Positions 54,404-64,000 of a stretch of DNA of 64,000 nucleotides are shown here, piece by piece. Position numbers and translations under genes: made by a program. The notes below the pieces were generated by a model. It was given only the letters and a program-made list of their open reading frames with translations, was not told the origin of the DNA and searched no databases. Location: IMG/VR virus record IMGVR_UViG_2855946969_000005, positions 1-64,000 of that record; one strand, given 5' to 3'. Within the stretch, counting starts at the first letter, position 1, and the number at the start of each line of letters is the position of its first letter. This stretch comes from a virus (Duplodnaviria > Caudoviricetes).

Positions 54404-54575
54404 GAGCAGCAGGGGGCGAAGGCGGACCGGGCCTGCAAGGAACCCGGCAATTCGGTCCGCACCTTTCTCGACAGATCTCGGCGCATCCTACGGCCTGCAG
54501 ATTGGGCGCAGGTCTATGCACGCCCTCAGGGCCGAAGCCCTTTCACCGTGTCGCCGCCTTCGACCACTACTGCTC
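54404..54575 (-). ncRNA. structured RNA, copy 2
   Basis: Same GGTCGAAGGCGGCG...CCCGGTCCGCCTTCGCC closing stem, different interior. Confidence 0.45.
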
Positions 54576-54772
54576 AGGGGCGAACGTTACCAGAACGTCC
54601 GATCTCCGCAAGCCGTAGCGCCCACGCATACAGCCCCGCACGAAAGGCGATCGGCGGTAGCGCGGGCATGACGGGATCCTTGGATCAGGTGAGCGCTAGG
54701 ACGCCCAGCAGCAGTGCGGCGCCCGCCGCGATCGGCAGGCAGATGGCCAGGGCGTCGGCGCGCATCAGAGCC

Positions 54773-55639
54773 TCAGAGGATCGGGGCGTGCGTGCCGTCT
54801 TGCAGGACGTGCGTCGTCGCGCCGTTCCACTGGAACAGGTATTCGAGCGCGCCGCGGTACTTCTGATTGTCCACGATGTAGGAGATGCCGGACGGATGCC
54901 AGATGCCGCCGTTCGGTGCCGGGATCCCCTCCCCGTTCAACTCTGCGCAGATCGAGCGAAGTGTGCGCTTCTCGCGCTTCACCGCCTTGTAGATCCGCTT
55001 CACGACTTTAGCCTGCTCGGGCACGACGACCAACTGGCGTTGGCCTTTGTCGCCGCCCTCGACCCGGTAGCCGTAGGGCGCCCTCCCCCCGGCGAAGCCG
55101 CCGCGGCCGGCCTTGTTCATCCGGCCGCCGGCTGTGCGATCCCGGATCGTGTAGCGCTCGTTCTCCGCCATGCCGGCGAAGATCGCGAAGAAGGTTCGGC
55201 CCATTGGGCTCGACGTGTCGATCACTGACTCGGTCACGGACCGGAACGCCACCTCGTGCTGCTCGGCCAGATCCGAGACCGTCGTGATCGCGTAGCGGAT
55301 GTCGCGCGCCAGACGGTCGATCTTGTAGACGAGCAGGATCGAGAATGCCCGCGCCTCTGCCAACTCCATCACCCGGGCGAAGCCGGGGCGATCCGCCGGG
55401 CGTGTCGCACCGGAGAACCCGGGGTCGGTGATCGCCTCGACCACCTCGTAGCCCTGGCTCTCAGCGAAGGCGTGAACCGCGCGCTGCTGCGTCTCGAGGC
55501 CGGTGCCGCTGTTGGCCTGCTCATCGGTCGAAACGCGGAAGTAGGCGACGACCTTGGTGCGCTCGGCCGCCTTCTGGCTAGCTCGGACTTCCGTCCTAGC
55601 CTTGATCCGGGCTACCCGTTTGCTGCCAAAAGCGCCCAA
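54773..55639 (-). CDS. serine recombinase (resolvase plus recombinase domain, short)
   Basis: AYFRVSTDEQ, SGA...RPGF, KIDRLAR, IDTSSPMG, GG.APYGY, LN.EGI. TTG start uncertain. Confidence 0.9.
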   Translation of the reverse strand: MGAFGSKRVARIKARTEVRASQKAAERTKVVAYFRVSTDEQANSGTGLETQQRAVHAFAESQGYEVVEAITDPGFSGATRPADRPGFARVMELAEARAFSILLVYKIDRLARDIRYAITTVSDLAEQHEVAFRSVTESVIDTSSPMGRTFFAIFAGMAENERYTIRDRTAGGRMNKAGRGGFAGGRAPYGYRVEGGDKGQRQLVVVPEQAKVVKRIYKAVKREKRTLRSICAELNGEGIPAPNGGIWHPSGISYIVDNQKYRGALEYLFQWNGATTHVLQDGTHAPIL

Positions 55640-55800
55640 AACGCTAACCCTACCAGAGCGTTAAGACCCCTAGGAAGCCGCTTTGTCCAAACTCTCACAA
55701 GAATTCGAACACGGCGATGCTTCGGGGTAGGGACGGCTGGTTAACAGATGGTTTACGCTGCGTCTCTGGCCGCGCTTGCGGGCCGCCCTGGGAGCCAATC

Positions 55801-56517
55801 GTGTCGCGCCTGAAGCTCTATCGCGCCATCGGTGTGAAGCCCGTCGCCTCGCCGATCACGGCGATCCGCGCCGAACTCCGGAGGTACGACCGCAAGCGGA
55901 CGTGCCGAGCCCGCGCGATCCTCATACCCGTCACAGAGCCCCGGGGGCCCGGCTCGGGGGCGCACGCCGGACGCCACATGCAGCTGAAGCTCAGCGCCCA
56001 AGCCTTCCTGAGAGGGCAGGGGAAGCTCGACGTCACCCTGGAGCAGGACGACCGAGGCCGCGTCTATGACGTCGCAGCCACGTGCGAGCGGGTGGCGGTC
56101 GAGGTCGGCCAGACCCAGGTGTCGAAGCTACTCAGCATCGCCCAGGATGGCGTGCTTGCCATCTGGCTCCCGTACCGCCCCGAAGGCGACTATCAGGTCG
56201 GCGATCTCGCTCAGGCCGTGGCGCTGACAAGCCCGCGCGTCCGAGCGACCAAGAAAAACACTCCAGGGGCGATTGCCGTTCACATCGAGCAGAGGCGCAC
56301 CCTTGCAAGGGCGTACGCTGTCATACTGGAGACCAATTCTGTGGACGCCTACCTAGCTGAGCTGAATTTGTTCAAGAAGCCCCGACTCCGAGAGCATGAA
56401 GAGTTCGCAACGAACTGCCTCAAACTGCCGGAACCCATTCCCGACGACGAGCCAGAGGTCCAACGAGAAATCGAAGTCGACTGGGCGGGCCTAAAGAAGG
56501 CCTTCCCCTTCATGTGA
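55801..56517 (+). CDS. hypothetical protein, possibly PD-(D/E)XK-like
   Basis: H.QLK...YDV...VAVEVG.T. Divergent from the recombinase. Confidence 0.45.
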   Translation: MSRLKLYRAIGVKPVASPITAIRAELRRYDRKRTCRARAILIPVTEPRGPGSGAHAGRHMQLKLSAQAFLRGQGKLDVTLEQDDRGRVYDVAATCERVAVEVGQTQVSKLLSIAQDGVLAIWLPYRPEGDYQVGDLAQAVALTSPRVRATKKNTPGAIAVHIEQRRTLARAYAVILETNSVDAYLAELNLFKKPRLREHEEFATNCLKLPEPIPDDEPEVQREIEVDWAGLKKAFPFM

Positions 56518-56526
56518 GGGTCCGAC

Positions 56527-56946
56527 CTACGCCGCGCTCGCCAGCCCGATCGTCCCCGCGATCCGCCGATGCGGCGCCCGGACCTCGGCCTTGGCCACGT
56601 GCCCCGCCCGCTTCGGCCCGAAGTTGGCGAACACGTCCTGCGCGCGGAAGGTCCCGCGCTCGGCCGGGTCGTCGCGGCGCGCCACCTCGTTCGCCCGGCG
56701 TCGCATGGCGCGGGCGAGATCGAGCTTGGCGTGGACGGGCTCGGCTGGGTCCGTGTTGCTGGCGAGGGCGAGCGCCTCGACCTGGTCGGCGAAAGCGCGG
56801 AGCTCGGCGACGTAGTCGAAGCGGCGCTTCAGGGGAGGGGCCACGTGCGGGCTCCGGTTTCCAGTGACAAAGGCGTTGGCAAGGCCGGACCCCAACTCGG
56901 CTATCGCACCCGCCCTTCGCCGATGCGAGTAGCGGGGTTTGATCAT
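56527..56946 (-). CDS. hypothetical protein (start uncertain)
   Basis: Protein-like C-terminal part of ORF 56527-57255. Confidence 0.4.
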   Translation of the reverse strand: MIKPRYSHRRRAGAIAELGSGLANAFVTGNRSPHVAPPLKRRFDYVAELRAFADQVEALALASNTDPAEPVHAKLDLARAMRRRANEVARRDDPAERGTFRAQDVFANFGPKRAGHVAKAEVRAPHRRIAGTIGLASAA

Positions 56947-57350
56947 GCGGAGAGACGCGCGAGATCCGCCGGGGCCTGAGGGCTCGCCGGGGCGCATCAT
57001 CATCCGCCAAGGTACTGAGGGTGCGTTTACAGACTTCTTGCCAAGATGGACGCGCAGTTCGCGCGAATAGCATGCGGCACCGAACGACGCCTCGCCAGTG
57101 CTAAACTCGACTGCTTTGGAGGGGAGCAGAGCCCAGCAGCCCGCGCCAGCGAAGTACGCTAGACGCACAAAAGGCCCCCGCGTTTCCTTGGGAGCCCTTG
57201 TTGAGCCGCTATGGAAACGTGTGTGCCAAATTCCAAGCCCGAGGTCAACAGCCATGGCGGGCCGCCATCGCGGCCGGCGCGCCCGCGAGAAAGAGGAGAA
57301 GACCGCGCCTGAGTGGTTGATATCAGCCCAGGAGAACGTACTATGAACGC

Positions 57351-58490
57351 GTGAGCATCGTTTGTGCGCATCAATATCGGATCTACCCGACGAAAGAGCA
57401 GGCCGACCTGCTCACGAGAACGTTCGGGTGTGCCCGCCTTGTATACAACATGGCTCTTGAGCATTGGCGAGATGCTCATAAGGCGGAGCAGCGACTTATC
57501 CCCTTCCGCGAGCTAAGTGCGATGTTGCCGACGTGGAAAGGCAAGCTGCCGTTCCTCAAAGAGGTATCGTCGGTCCCATTGCAGCAGGCAATTCGCCATC
57601 TAAATGAAGCCATAGGCAATTTCTTCCAGAAGCGAGGCAAATACCCTTCTTTCAAGAGCAAAAGCGGTCATCAGTCTGCGACATTCATGCGGAACGCGTT
57701 CAAGATTGCCGATGGCGATTTGACGCTTGCGAAGATGCCCCACCCGCTGCGCGTTGTTTGGAGCCGCCCACTTCTGGGGCACCCGTCGACCGTGACGATC
57801 ACGAAAGATCCTGCAGGAAGGTGGTTCGCTTCACTACAATTTGAGTGCGCCCATAAAGTCGTTCCTGCGCCGAGCAATGCCGCAATTGGTGTCGATGTCG
57901 GGCTTATTGATATTGCTGTGACGAGTTGCGGCAAGCGGTATAAGGCCCCGCGGTATCTCAGTCAGCGGCTGCATTCGCTTAAAAGGGCCCAGCGTGCTCT
58001 AGCAAGAAAAAAGAACGGCAGCAGAAATCGGGAAAAAGCAAAGCAGCGCGTCGCACGGCTGCATTCCAAGGTGGCTGACCAAAGGAGAGATTTTACCCAT
58101 AAGCTTTCGACTAACCTGATCCGCGATAACCAAGCGATCTATGTAGAGGATTTGGACGTTGGCCCGTTGGGTAGAACGTTCCTGGCTCGCGCAATCTATG
58201 ATGCAGGCTGGGGCATGCTCAGGCGGCAGCTAAAGTACAAAGCCTCTTGGTACGGCAGGTCTCTGATAAAGGTCCCGAAGCATTACCCTAGCACTAGGAA
58301 GTGCTCCAACTGCGGCATCATTGGCCAGAAGAAACCCTTGCCCGTTCGGACTTGGACATGCCATGGCTGCGGCGCAGAGCATGATCGGGATATGAATGCT
58401 GCAATAAATATTTTGGCCGCGGGGCACGCGGTGTCTGCCTGTGGAGAAGTCTTAAGTCCTGTTCCAGAAATGGATAGGCAGCCTTCGTGA
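57351..58490 (+). CDS. tnpB: TnpB RNA-guided endonuclease (IS200/IS605 family)
   Basis: YRIYPT.EQ...FGCAR.VYN, RuvC GVDVG / YVEDL / DRDMNAA.NI, zinc finger CSNCG...CHGCG. Confidence 0.93.
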   Translation: MSIVCAHQYRIYPTKEQADLLTRTFGCARLVYNMALEHWRDAHKAEQRLIPFRELSAMLPTWKGKLPFLKEVSSVPLQQAIRHLNEAIGNFFQKRGKYPSFKSKSGHQSATFMRNAFKIADGDLTLAKMPHPLRVVWSRPLLGHPSTVTITKDPAGRWFASLQFECAHKVVPAPSNAAIGVDVGLIDIAVTSCGKRYKAPRYLSQRLHSLKRAQRALARKKNGSRNREKAKQRVARLHSKVADQRRDFTHKLSTNLIRDNQAIYVEDLDVGPLGRTFLARAIYDAGWGMLRRQLKYKASWYGRSLIKVPKHYPSTRKCSNCGIIGQKKPLPVRTWTCHGCGAEHDRDMNAAINILAAGHAVSACGEVLSPVPEMDRQPS

Positions 58491-58572
58491 AGCAGGAACC
58501 TGTGAAGCAATTCATAGGATCGCATGGGCGATTCAGCCCTTGAGAACATGCCAAGGGCGTCTCGTGAGTCTT
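58417..58572 (+). ncRNA. putative omegaRNA scaffold, right end and guide
   Basis: GCGGGGCACGCGG..TGCCTGTGGAG...TGAAGCAGGAA, then a degenerate terminal hairpin ending ATGCCAA at about 58554. Confidence 0.55.
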
Positions 58573-58671
58573 GCCCCTACAAATACAAGGACCCAATCCA
58601 TCTTACCGTCCCGTAAGCCGCCGCCGCGAAGGCGTAGGGCAGGCAGTCGATCCAGCATTTGAGGGGGACGG

Positions 58672-61352
58672 TCACGTCGGCGCGTGCTCGCTGATCTTCA
58701 CGTCGAGCGCCGCAAAGCGCCCGAGTTCGCCGAACACCCGCACCTTGATCGCCTCGCGCGGGCCCGGCGCCATGACACCGAGGGAGAGAGGCGAAAGGAA
58801 CTGGTAGTCCCAGCGCGGATCCTCGTGGACGCTCGCGCTCGCGCAGCCGACGAAGGTGGAGCCGGACCAGATCTCGACCCGGCCGGGATCGGCCGCGGGA
58901 TCGATCTGGATCGGGAATCGGCCGGTGAAGCCGATGCGGACGAAGAAGGTGGCTGCCGGACGTGGCGGGGCTGCGGCCGCGCGGGCGAGCGCCGGTGCGG
59001 CGAGCGCGCCGGCACCGAGACCAAGGAGGGCGCGACGGGCGAGGATCACGCCCGCCCTCCCCCGAGCGCCGGGCGCAGGGCTTCGGGCCGCAGTGGGACC
59101 TCAGCCGCGATGCGGGCCAGGATGTCGGGGTGCGCGTGGATCGCGTCACCGAAGACGATCACTTGGGGGCTCGCCCGCTGCACGGGACGGATGCGCTGGG
59201 GATGACCCTGCCGCCGACGGCGCGACGCGCGAGAGGGCGAGCGCACCTCGGACCAGTCCTCCGCGGTCTCGGTGAGGAACGGGGACGGCATGAGGCGCAT
59301 GCCGAACATCAGGCGGCCGCCGCGTAGACAGCCGGATCAATGTGCCGGACCGGCTCCGGCGTGCGCTTGCGCGGCGGCAGGGTGGCGACCTTCGCGGGGG
59401 CGAGATCGTCGTTCATCGGTACGAGGCTCGGGCGCACGGTGGCGGGCTCGGTCGGGCCCGAGAGCCAGGGCGCGGCCGGCGCGCGGGGCGGCGTCACCTT
59501 GAGCGAGGTGAGGTGGCCGAGCCGGTCCGCGAGGTAGCAGAGCGCGGCGTGCTCGGTGGCGTAGCGGGCGCGGTCCTCGGCGACGTCGTTGTGATCGCGT
59601 CCCCAGACCAGGCGGCAGTAGAGGCCGGCGTCGCGGGCATCGCCCTTGGACGCGGCGCGCTGCGGCGCGGTGAGGAAGAGGGGATGCCCCTGCGCATCCA
59701 CGCCGGCCGGCGTCGAGACCATGCGCCAGAGCACGACCTTGCCGTTGGGGCCGATCTCCTGTTCGCAGTGGACGGTCTCGTCCAAGCTCGGGCGCTTGCC
59801 CTTTACGGCATGTGTGATGAGCCAGCCGCAGGCCTCGAGCACCGCGTTGTAGGCGATCTGGTTGGCCCGGGTTTCCCGGCCGAGCCGGTAGCCGATCCGG
59901 TAGCCGTCGAGGTTGAGCGGGAGCGGCTCCCGCGCCTCGGCCGCCCGCTTGATCGCGGCGTCGAGCGCCAGGATCTCCGCCTCGATCAGGAGCGCGTCGG
60001 GATGGGGGTCGCCCATGGCGAGCGGCATGCCGGGCTCGCGAGACCAGCAATCGATGCGACCGCCGAAGATCCCGCCCCGCCACATCGGGTGCATGGAGGC
60101 GGTGGGCGGGGCCTTGATCGGCTGATCGCGGCGGCGCTTGGGCAACTCGTCCCGGAGGCACCACCGCAGGACTTCCTCCACCGGCAGCGCACGGCGCGCC
60201 CGGCCCTCAGCGGTGAAGGTGTTCGGCGCCGACGTGAGCATGGTGGGGACTCCCGATGTGCGCGTCCGGTCCGAGAACGGAGCGGAAACATCGGTCTCTT
60301 CACTCAGGCCCGATCAATCTCACTGTCAAGCGGCTTCACGGTGCTGCGACAAGAAATTCTTGAGGTCCGCCGCGTTCTTAGCTGCGGTGATCCGCTCGCA
60401 GGCGCGCTTGCGGCGGCGGTGGAAGGTCGCGGGGCTCCACCGGTCCCCTTTTCGGCTGCACCACTCGGCGATCGAACCCTCAGCGCGACCGCCCTCCGCC
60501 ATGATCCGGGCCCAGGTCACGACCGCGAGGAGATCGTCGCTGCCCTTGCCGAGCACCGTCCGAGCGAAGGCCAAGATGTCGAAGGTCGACGAGGGCTGGT
60601 TCGGATTCACAGCGATCAGCGCATTCCCCGCGGAGGCGATCAGCGCCGTCTCCCGCAGCGCCCGCATGGGGATGACCAGCCATCGCTCGACATCGCGAAC
60701 GGTCCAGGGAGCGGGAGGTGCCAGTCCGGTCGGGGCGGGCATGGTGGGGAAGGCGGGGGACTCTCGGGTTGGGGGAGCGAGCCGCGGTTGGCTCGGCTAG
60801 GGGCTGGGCTCCACGTGGAGGAACAGCATCGTGGAGATGATGAGCAGCGTCCCGAACGCGTAGGACGCCGGGATGTCGCGCCAGTCCCGTGGGATCCGCC
60901 CTGCGACCTGCATGAACAGGCGCGTCGCCGTGACGGACGTGGCCATGGCCGACACGAGCATGGCGGCGAACAGGATCCAGCCGGGGAGCGTCTGGGGCAT
61001 CGGCCTACCCCTCCCCTGCCCCGTTAGCTGTGGCGTTGAAGCGTCCGCGCGCCCGCCAGCCATCCACGAAGCCTGCCCGCCACGTCGCCTCGGCGAAGGT
61101 CGGGATCCGGTGGCGCTCGCCGAAGGCCCGAACATCGGGCGGGCACCGAAGCTCGGAGAGGCACGACAGCGCCGCGACGCCGGCCGCGCGATCCTCCGCA
61201 TCAAGGCGTTCCTCCCGTTCCCGCAGGACGTCCGGGTTCGACAGGAACAGCGCCTTGTTGCGGAGGTCTCGGTTCTCCCGCCGGAGCGCCAGGATCTCGC
61301 TGCGCATCTGCGCGGGCGTCAGCAGCTCGGTGTCGTCTGTGACGTGGCTCAT
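58672..61352 (-). other. phage hypothetical genes
   Basis: ORFs 58672-59049 (RR motif), 59046-59309, 59309-60241, 60326-60742, 60797-61000 and 61005-61352. Confidence 0.55.
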
Positions 61353-61735
61353 GGCGCCTTCCCCTCCACCGCGTAGATCACTGAGACGCCAGCTGCGTCG
61401 GCCTGCTTAGTCATGTCGGTCGTGCCCTCGCCCCAGCGTCCGTTAGCCCGCGGGAACGCGAAGACGATCTCCGGCTGCACGACCTCAAGCATCCGTCCGT
61501 TCCGGTACGGGCCGCCGGGCTTTCCACGCCCCTCCCAGTTCGGCGGGAAGGCGATCCGGTCGATCCCGCGCTTCATCGCCCACTGGTCGCCCATGAGATC
61601 GGCACCGCCGGGGCGGTGGGTGTCGAGGCCTGTCACGACCAGGGTGATTGGGCGGCGTGCATGATGCGCGTCGAGGAACGCCCAGGCGCGGTGGAACAGG
61701 GTGAAGTCGCGACCGCCGCAGATCAGGGCGCGCAT
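61349..61735 (-). CDS. SLOG/YspA-like (DUF2493) protein
   Basis: MRALICGGRDF, GAD.MG..WA, GPYRN..ML, AFP...GT.DM. Confidence 0.8.
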   Translation of the reverse strand: MRALICGGRDFTLFHRAWAFLDAHHARRPITLVVTGLDTHRPGGADLMGDQWAMKRGIDRIAFPPNWEGRGKPGGPYRNGRMLEVVQPEIVFAFPRANGRWGEGTTDMTKQADAAGVSVIYAVEGKAP

Positions 61736-61986
61736 ATGGTCGCCTCCGCGGTGGGCTGTCGCAGAGGCAGCGATCCTGTTTCGACGAAGTGCTGAAGCAG
61801 CGGCACGAGCGCCGCGGCCATCTCCTGCGTGAGGTGCGCACGAGAGCCCTCGCCCTCGTCGCACCCGAGCCAAATGCACGCCTCCTCCGCGAGGCTGCTT
61901 TCTTGGATGGAACAGCTCCGCTGGTAGCGGTCGAGAAAGCGCCCGACCGCGAACCCGCGCGAGGTGGTCGCGAGTTCGATAATCAC
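61723..61986 (-). CDS. phage hypothetical protein
   Basis: T.RGF....F.DRY...CSIQESSLA....IWLG...R.HL. Confidence 0.65.
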   Translation of the reverse strand: MIIELATTSRGFAVGRFLDRYQRSCSIQESSLAEEACIWLGCDEGEGSRAHLTQEMAAALVPLLQHFVETGSLPLRQPTAEATICAP

Positions 61987-62546
61987 GCGCCCTCCCCCTT
62001 CCATCCCCGCGCCGCGGCCGCCGCGCGCAGCACGACCTTCGCCGGCTCGTACTTCGCGAGGAGCCGGGCCCGGGTCGCTTCATCCAACAGCGCCAGCCGG
62101 TCCGGATCCGAGTTGACCTCGACGTCCGCGAGCTTGACCAAGATGCAGTGGAGCGGCGCCTTCGCACCGATGCTCGCGATCCACTCCGCGTAGGGGCGCG
62201 TATCCCCGCGCTGGCGCGTCAGCCATTCCACGCCCGTGACGACGATCAGGCTGAAGCCCTCGGCCCGGAGGTGATTGCCGTCGTAGGGGGCGTCCTCGAT
62301 GACGTCGTGAAGCCACGCGATTTGCATGGCCTCATCGAAATCCACTCCGCGCCAGCTCCGGGGCGCGAACTCTACCAAGACCTCAAGAACCCGGGTCAGG
62401 TGGCGCGCGTACGGGTGTCCGGCCTTGTCGGTCTGGCCGCAGTGGGCGTGCAGGGCGAAGGTGCGGGCGTCCTGCTCTGTCCGCCGGAAGCGGGGAAGGA
62501 CAAGCGCTGGGCCGAGCGGGCCATGGTCGATCGGGGCGGGCTTCAT
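61983..62546 (-). CDS. HD-domain phosphohydrolase (RelA/SpoT hydrolase-like)
   Basis: AH.GQ.DK.G.PY..H..RV, AWLHDVIED, VKLAD. Confidence 0.85.
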   Translation of the reverse strand: MKPAPIDHGPLGPALVLPRFRRTEQDARTFALHAHCGQTDKAGHPYARHLTRVLEVLVEFAPRSWRGVDFDEAMQIAWLHDVIEDAPYDGNHLRAEGFSLIVVTGVEWLTRQRGDTRPYAEWIASIGAKAPLHCILVKLADVEVNSDPDRLALLDEATRARLLAKYEPAKVVLRAAAAARGWKGEGA

Positions 62547-62918
62547 CGCGCCACCTCGGCGGGCGCGGGCTCCGGCTCGACCAAGGGGGTGCCTCGCGCG
62601 ATCAGGGCGGCCACGGCCTCTGCGCGGCTGATCCGGCGGCTTGCATCGAAATCGTAGCGGTGGCCGTGCTCGTCCCGCCCGTAGTCCCGCAATGCGCAGT
62701 ACCGACCCCGGGCGGCCTTCACGAGCGGCTCGCTGTAGGAGAGCGGATCGTGGCGGTTCTCGATCGCATCGAGGAGCCGAACGATCTGCGTCGACAAAGC
62801 CGTGTCGGCCTGGCACGCGGGGTCCTTCCCGCCCTGGACCGCGCCGACGAACCACGACCCGAACTGAACGCCGTAGAGACGTAGTCGGAGATCGCCTCTT
62901 GGCGGGTGAGGAGATCGG

Positions 62919-63803
62919 TCATCGGGCCGCTCCGGTACGTTGGTCCTGCAACCGCGCCAGCTCACCCTGCATGACTTCGCGTGCCGCACAGAGCGCCGCC
63001 AACGGATCTGGCGAGGAAGAAGCTTCAGCGAGCATCCTCATGGCCGATCCGATCACCCCACTTGGCGGGCCGCCATAAGGTGAGAAGTCACCAGGGTCTG
63101 GTGCCTCCAGGAAGCTGAAGAAATCGCTGCGAGTAAATTTCGCCGTTCCATACTGACTGTGGAAGCGATGATGGCAGGGCTCGCATAGAGTTGCGCCATT
63201 TGAAATGTCTTTGCGTCTCTCAACGCAACGTGCATACCCAACGATATGATGGGCGCAGCGCGCATCTTCGCTGTGGCATGCGGCACATACAAATTTGTCC
63301 CGGGTCAATACGCTCGACCGCCACGAAGATGTAGATCTGTAGGCCGATCTCTCTGCGTCCGAGATACTGGGATCCCACCTCGGGTGCTCTGGCCCCTTAC
63401 GACCTGCAAGATTCTTCGACGCCAGGGCGCTGGAATTCTCTGACTGCAGGCACCCGCAGGACTTGGTATGACCCGAGGTCAATCTCCCATATGTCAGTTC
63501 GGTTATGCCGCCACATTCGCATACGCATCTCCAAATTGAGATGCCACGCGCAGTCGAGACAAGATCCCGAGCCGTCAATCGGCCAAACTTACGGCCAGTA
63601 ATATCCTTTGCCTGCCGCCGAGACTTCAGGCAGCCGCAGGATTTTGTGTTCCCGGACTTCAGGTTCAGTCCGGTTGCGGTTGCGGATTGTCCGCAGTCGC
63701 ATCGGCAAAGCCAAGTGGTCTTTCCACTTGGGTCGTAGCCGGCACGGCCATTGACCACAAGCATGCCGAACCGAAGCCCCGAAAGGTCAATCACCCTTCG
63801 CAT
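62919..63803 (-). CDS. HNH homing endonuclease with tandem CxCxCG/SCGC DNA-binding repeats
   Basis: DL.G.RFG.L...W.C.C.CG...L.SG.TKSCGC twice, RDKF.C..C...AHH...NG.TLC..CH. Confidence 0.85.
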   Translation of the reverse strand: MRRVIDLSGLRFGMLVVNGRAGYDPSGKTTWLCRCDCGQSATATGLNLKSGNTKSCGCLKSRRQAKDITGRKFGRLTARDLVSTARGISIWRCVCECGGITELTYGRLTSGHTKSCGCLQSENSSALASKNLAGRKGPEHPRWDPSISDAERSAYRSTSSWRSSVLTRDKFVCAACHSEDARCAHHIVGYARCVERRKDISNGATLCEPCHHRFHSQYGTAKFTRSDFFSFLEAPDPGDFSPYGGPPSGVIGSAMRMLAEASSSPDPLAALCAAREVMQGELARLQDQRTGAAR

Positions 63804-63999
63804 GCTTTTCTCTCTCAACGGCCCGAGTGGCGTACCAGAGGCACTTTTCGAGATCTTGAATCTTGCTGGCTCCGTCCTTTAGGCCGGCGCGCCACGCATA
63901 TTTGATGATATTGCCGATCACGAAGTCATAGTGCTCTGTGATCGCGATACATTCCACGCCGGAGGGATGCGAGGTGTAGTGCTTCGGATGATTGACAGC
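63787..63999 (-). CDS. DUF3310-like protein (5' end outside the window)
   Basis: Read manually: VNHPKHYTSHPSGVECI...GNIIKYAWRAG.K....QDLEK..WY. Confidence 0.8.
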   Translation of the reverse strand, partial: AVNHPKHYTSHPSGVECIAITEHYDFVIGNIIKYAWRAGLKDGASKIQDLEKCLWYATRAVEREKHAKGD

Positions 64000-64000
64000 A

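Noticed and set aside
62543-62922. Frameshifted gene formed from ORFs 62719-62922 and 62543-62989
   Set aside because: Plausible from the gene packing, but there is no recognisable family to confirm the join.

Overview
The window is part of a GC-rich prophage of the contractile-tail (myovirus) type. The host is probably an alphaproteobacterium, inferred from GC content, gene families and GAAC-N7-GAAC LexA boxes. Morphogenesis genes run on the minus strand from terminase (~48.8 kb) through portal, capsid, sheath, tube, tape measure and baseplate to tail fibres (~0 kb). Early and accessory genes lie at 49-64 kb. The tail operon is interrupted by two parallel accessory islands (9.6-15.3 kb and 19.7-33.3 kb), and it has two tape-measure genes with different muramidase domains and two baseplate-hub genes. 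Main finding: island 1 encodes a stand-alone Cas7/RAMP-like protein (13509-14183) followed by two hairpin-terminated arrays of 5-nt GGY-NN units. Read as a gapped NN-x-NN-x code, the variable dinucleotides spell codon positions 1-2 of motifs in the baseplate-hub gene (array 1) and the tape-measure gene (array 2), with a few mismatches to this prophage's own copies. Island 2 encodes a nuclease-less IS110/Nop-like (TIGR-Tas-like) protein with seven stem-loop dual-spacer units. Six of these give imperfect matches to the neighbouring antirepressor gene or to an adjacent hypothetical gene. A solo TnpB is a third RNA-guided candidate. All family assignments come from motif recognition by eye; no database search was run.
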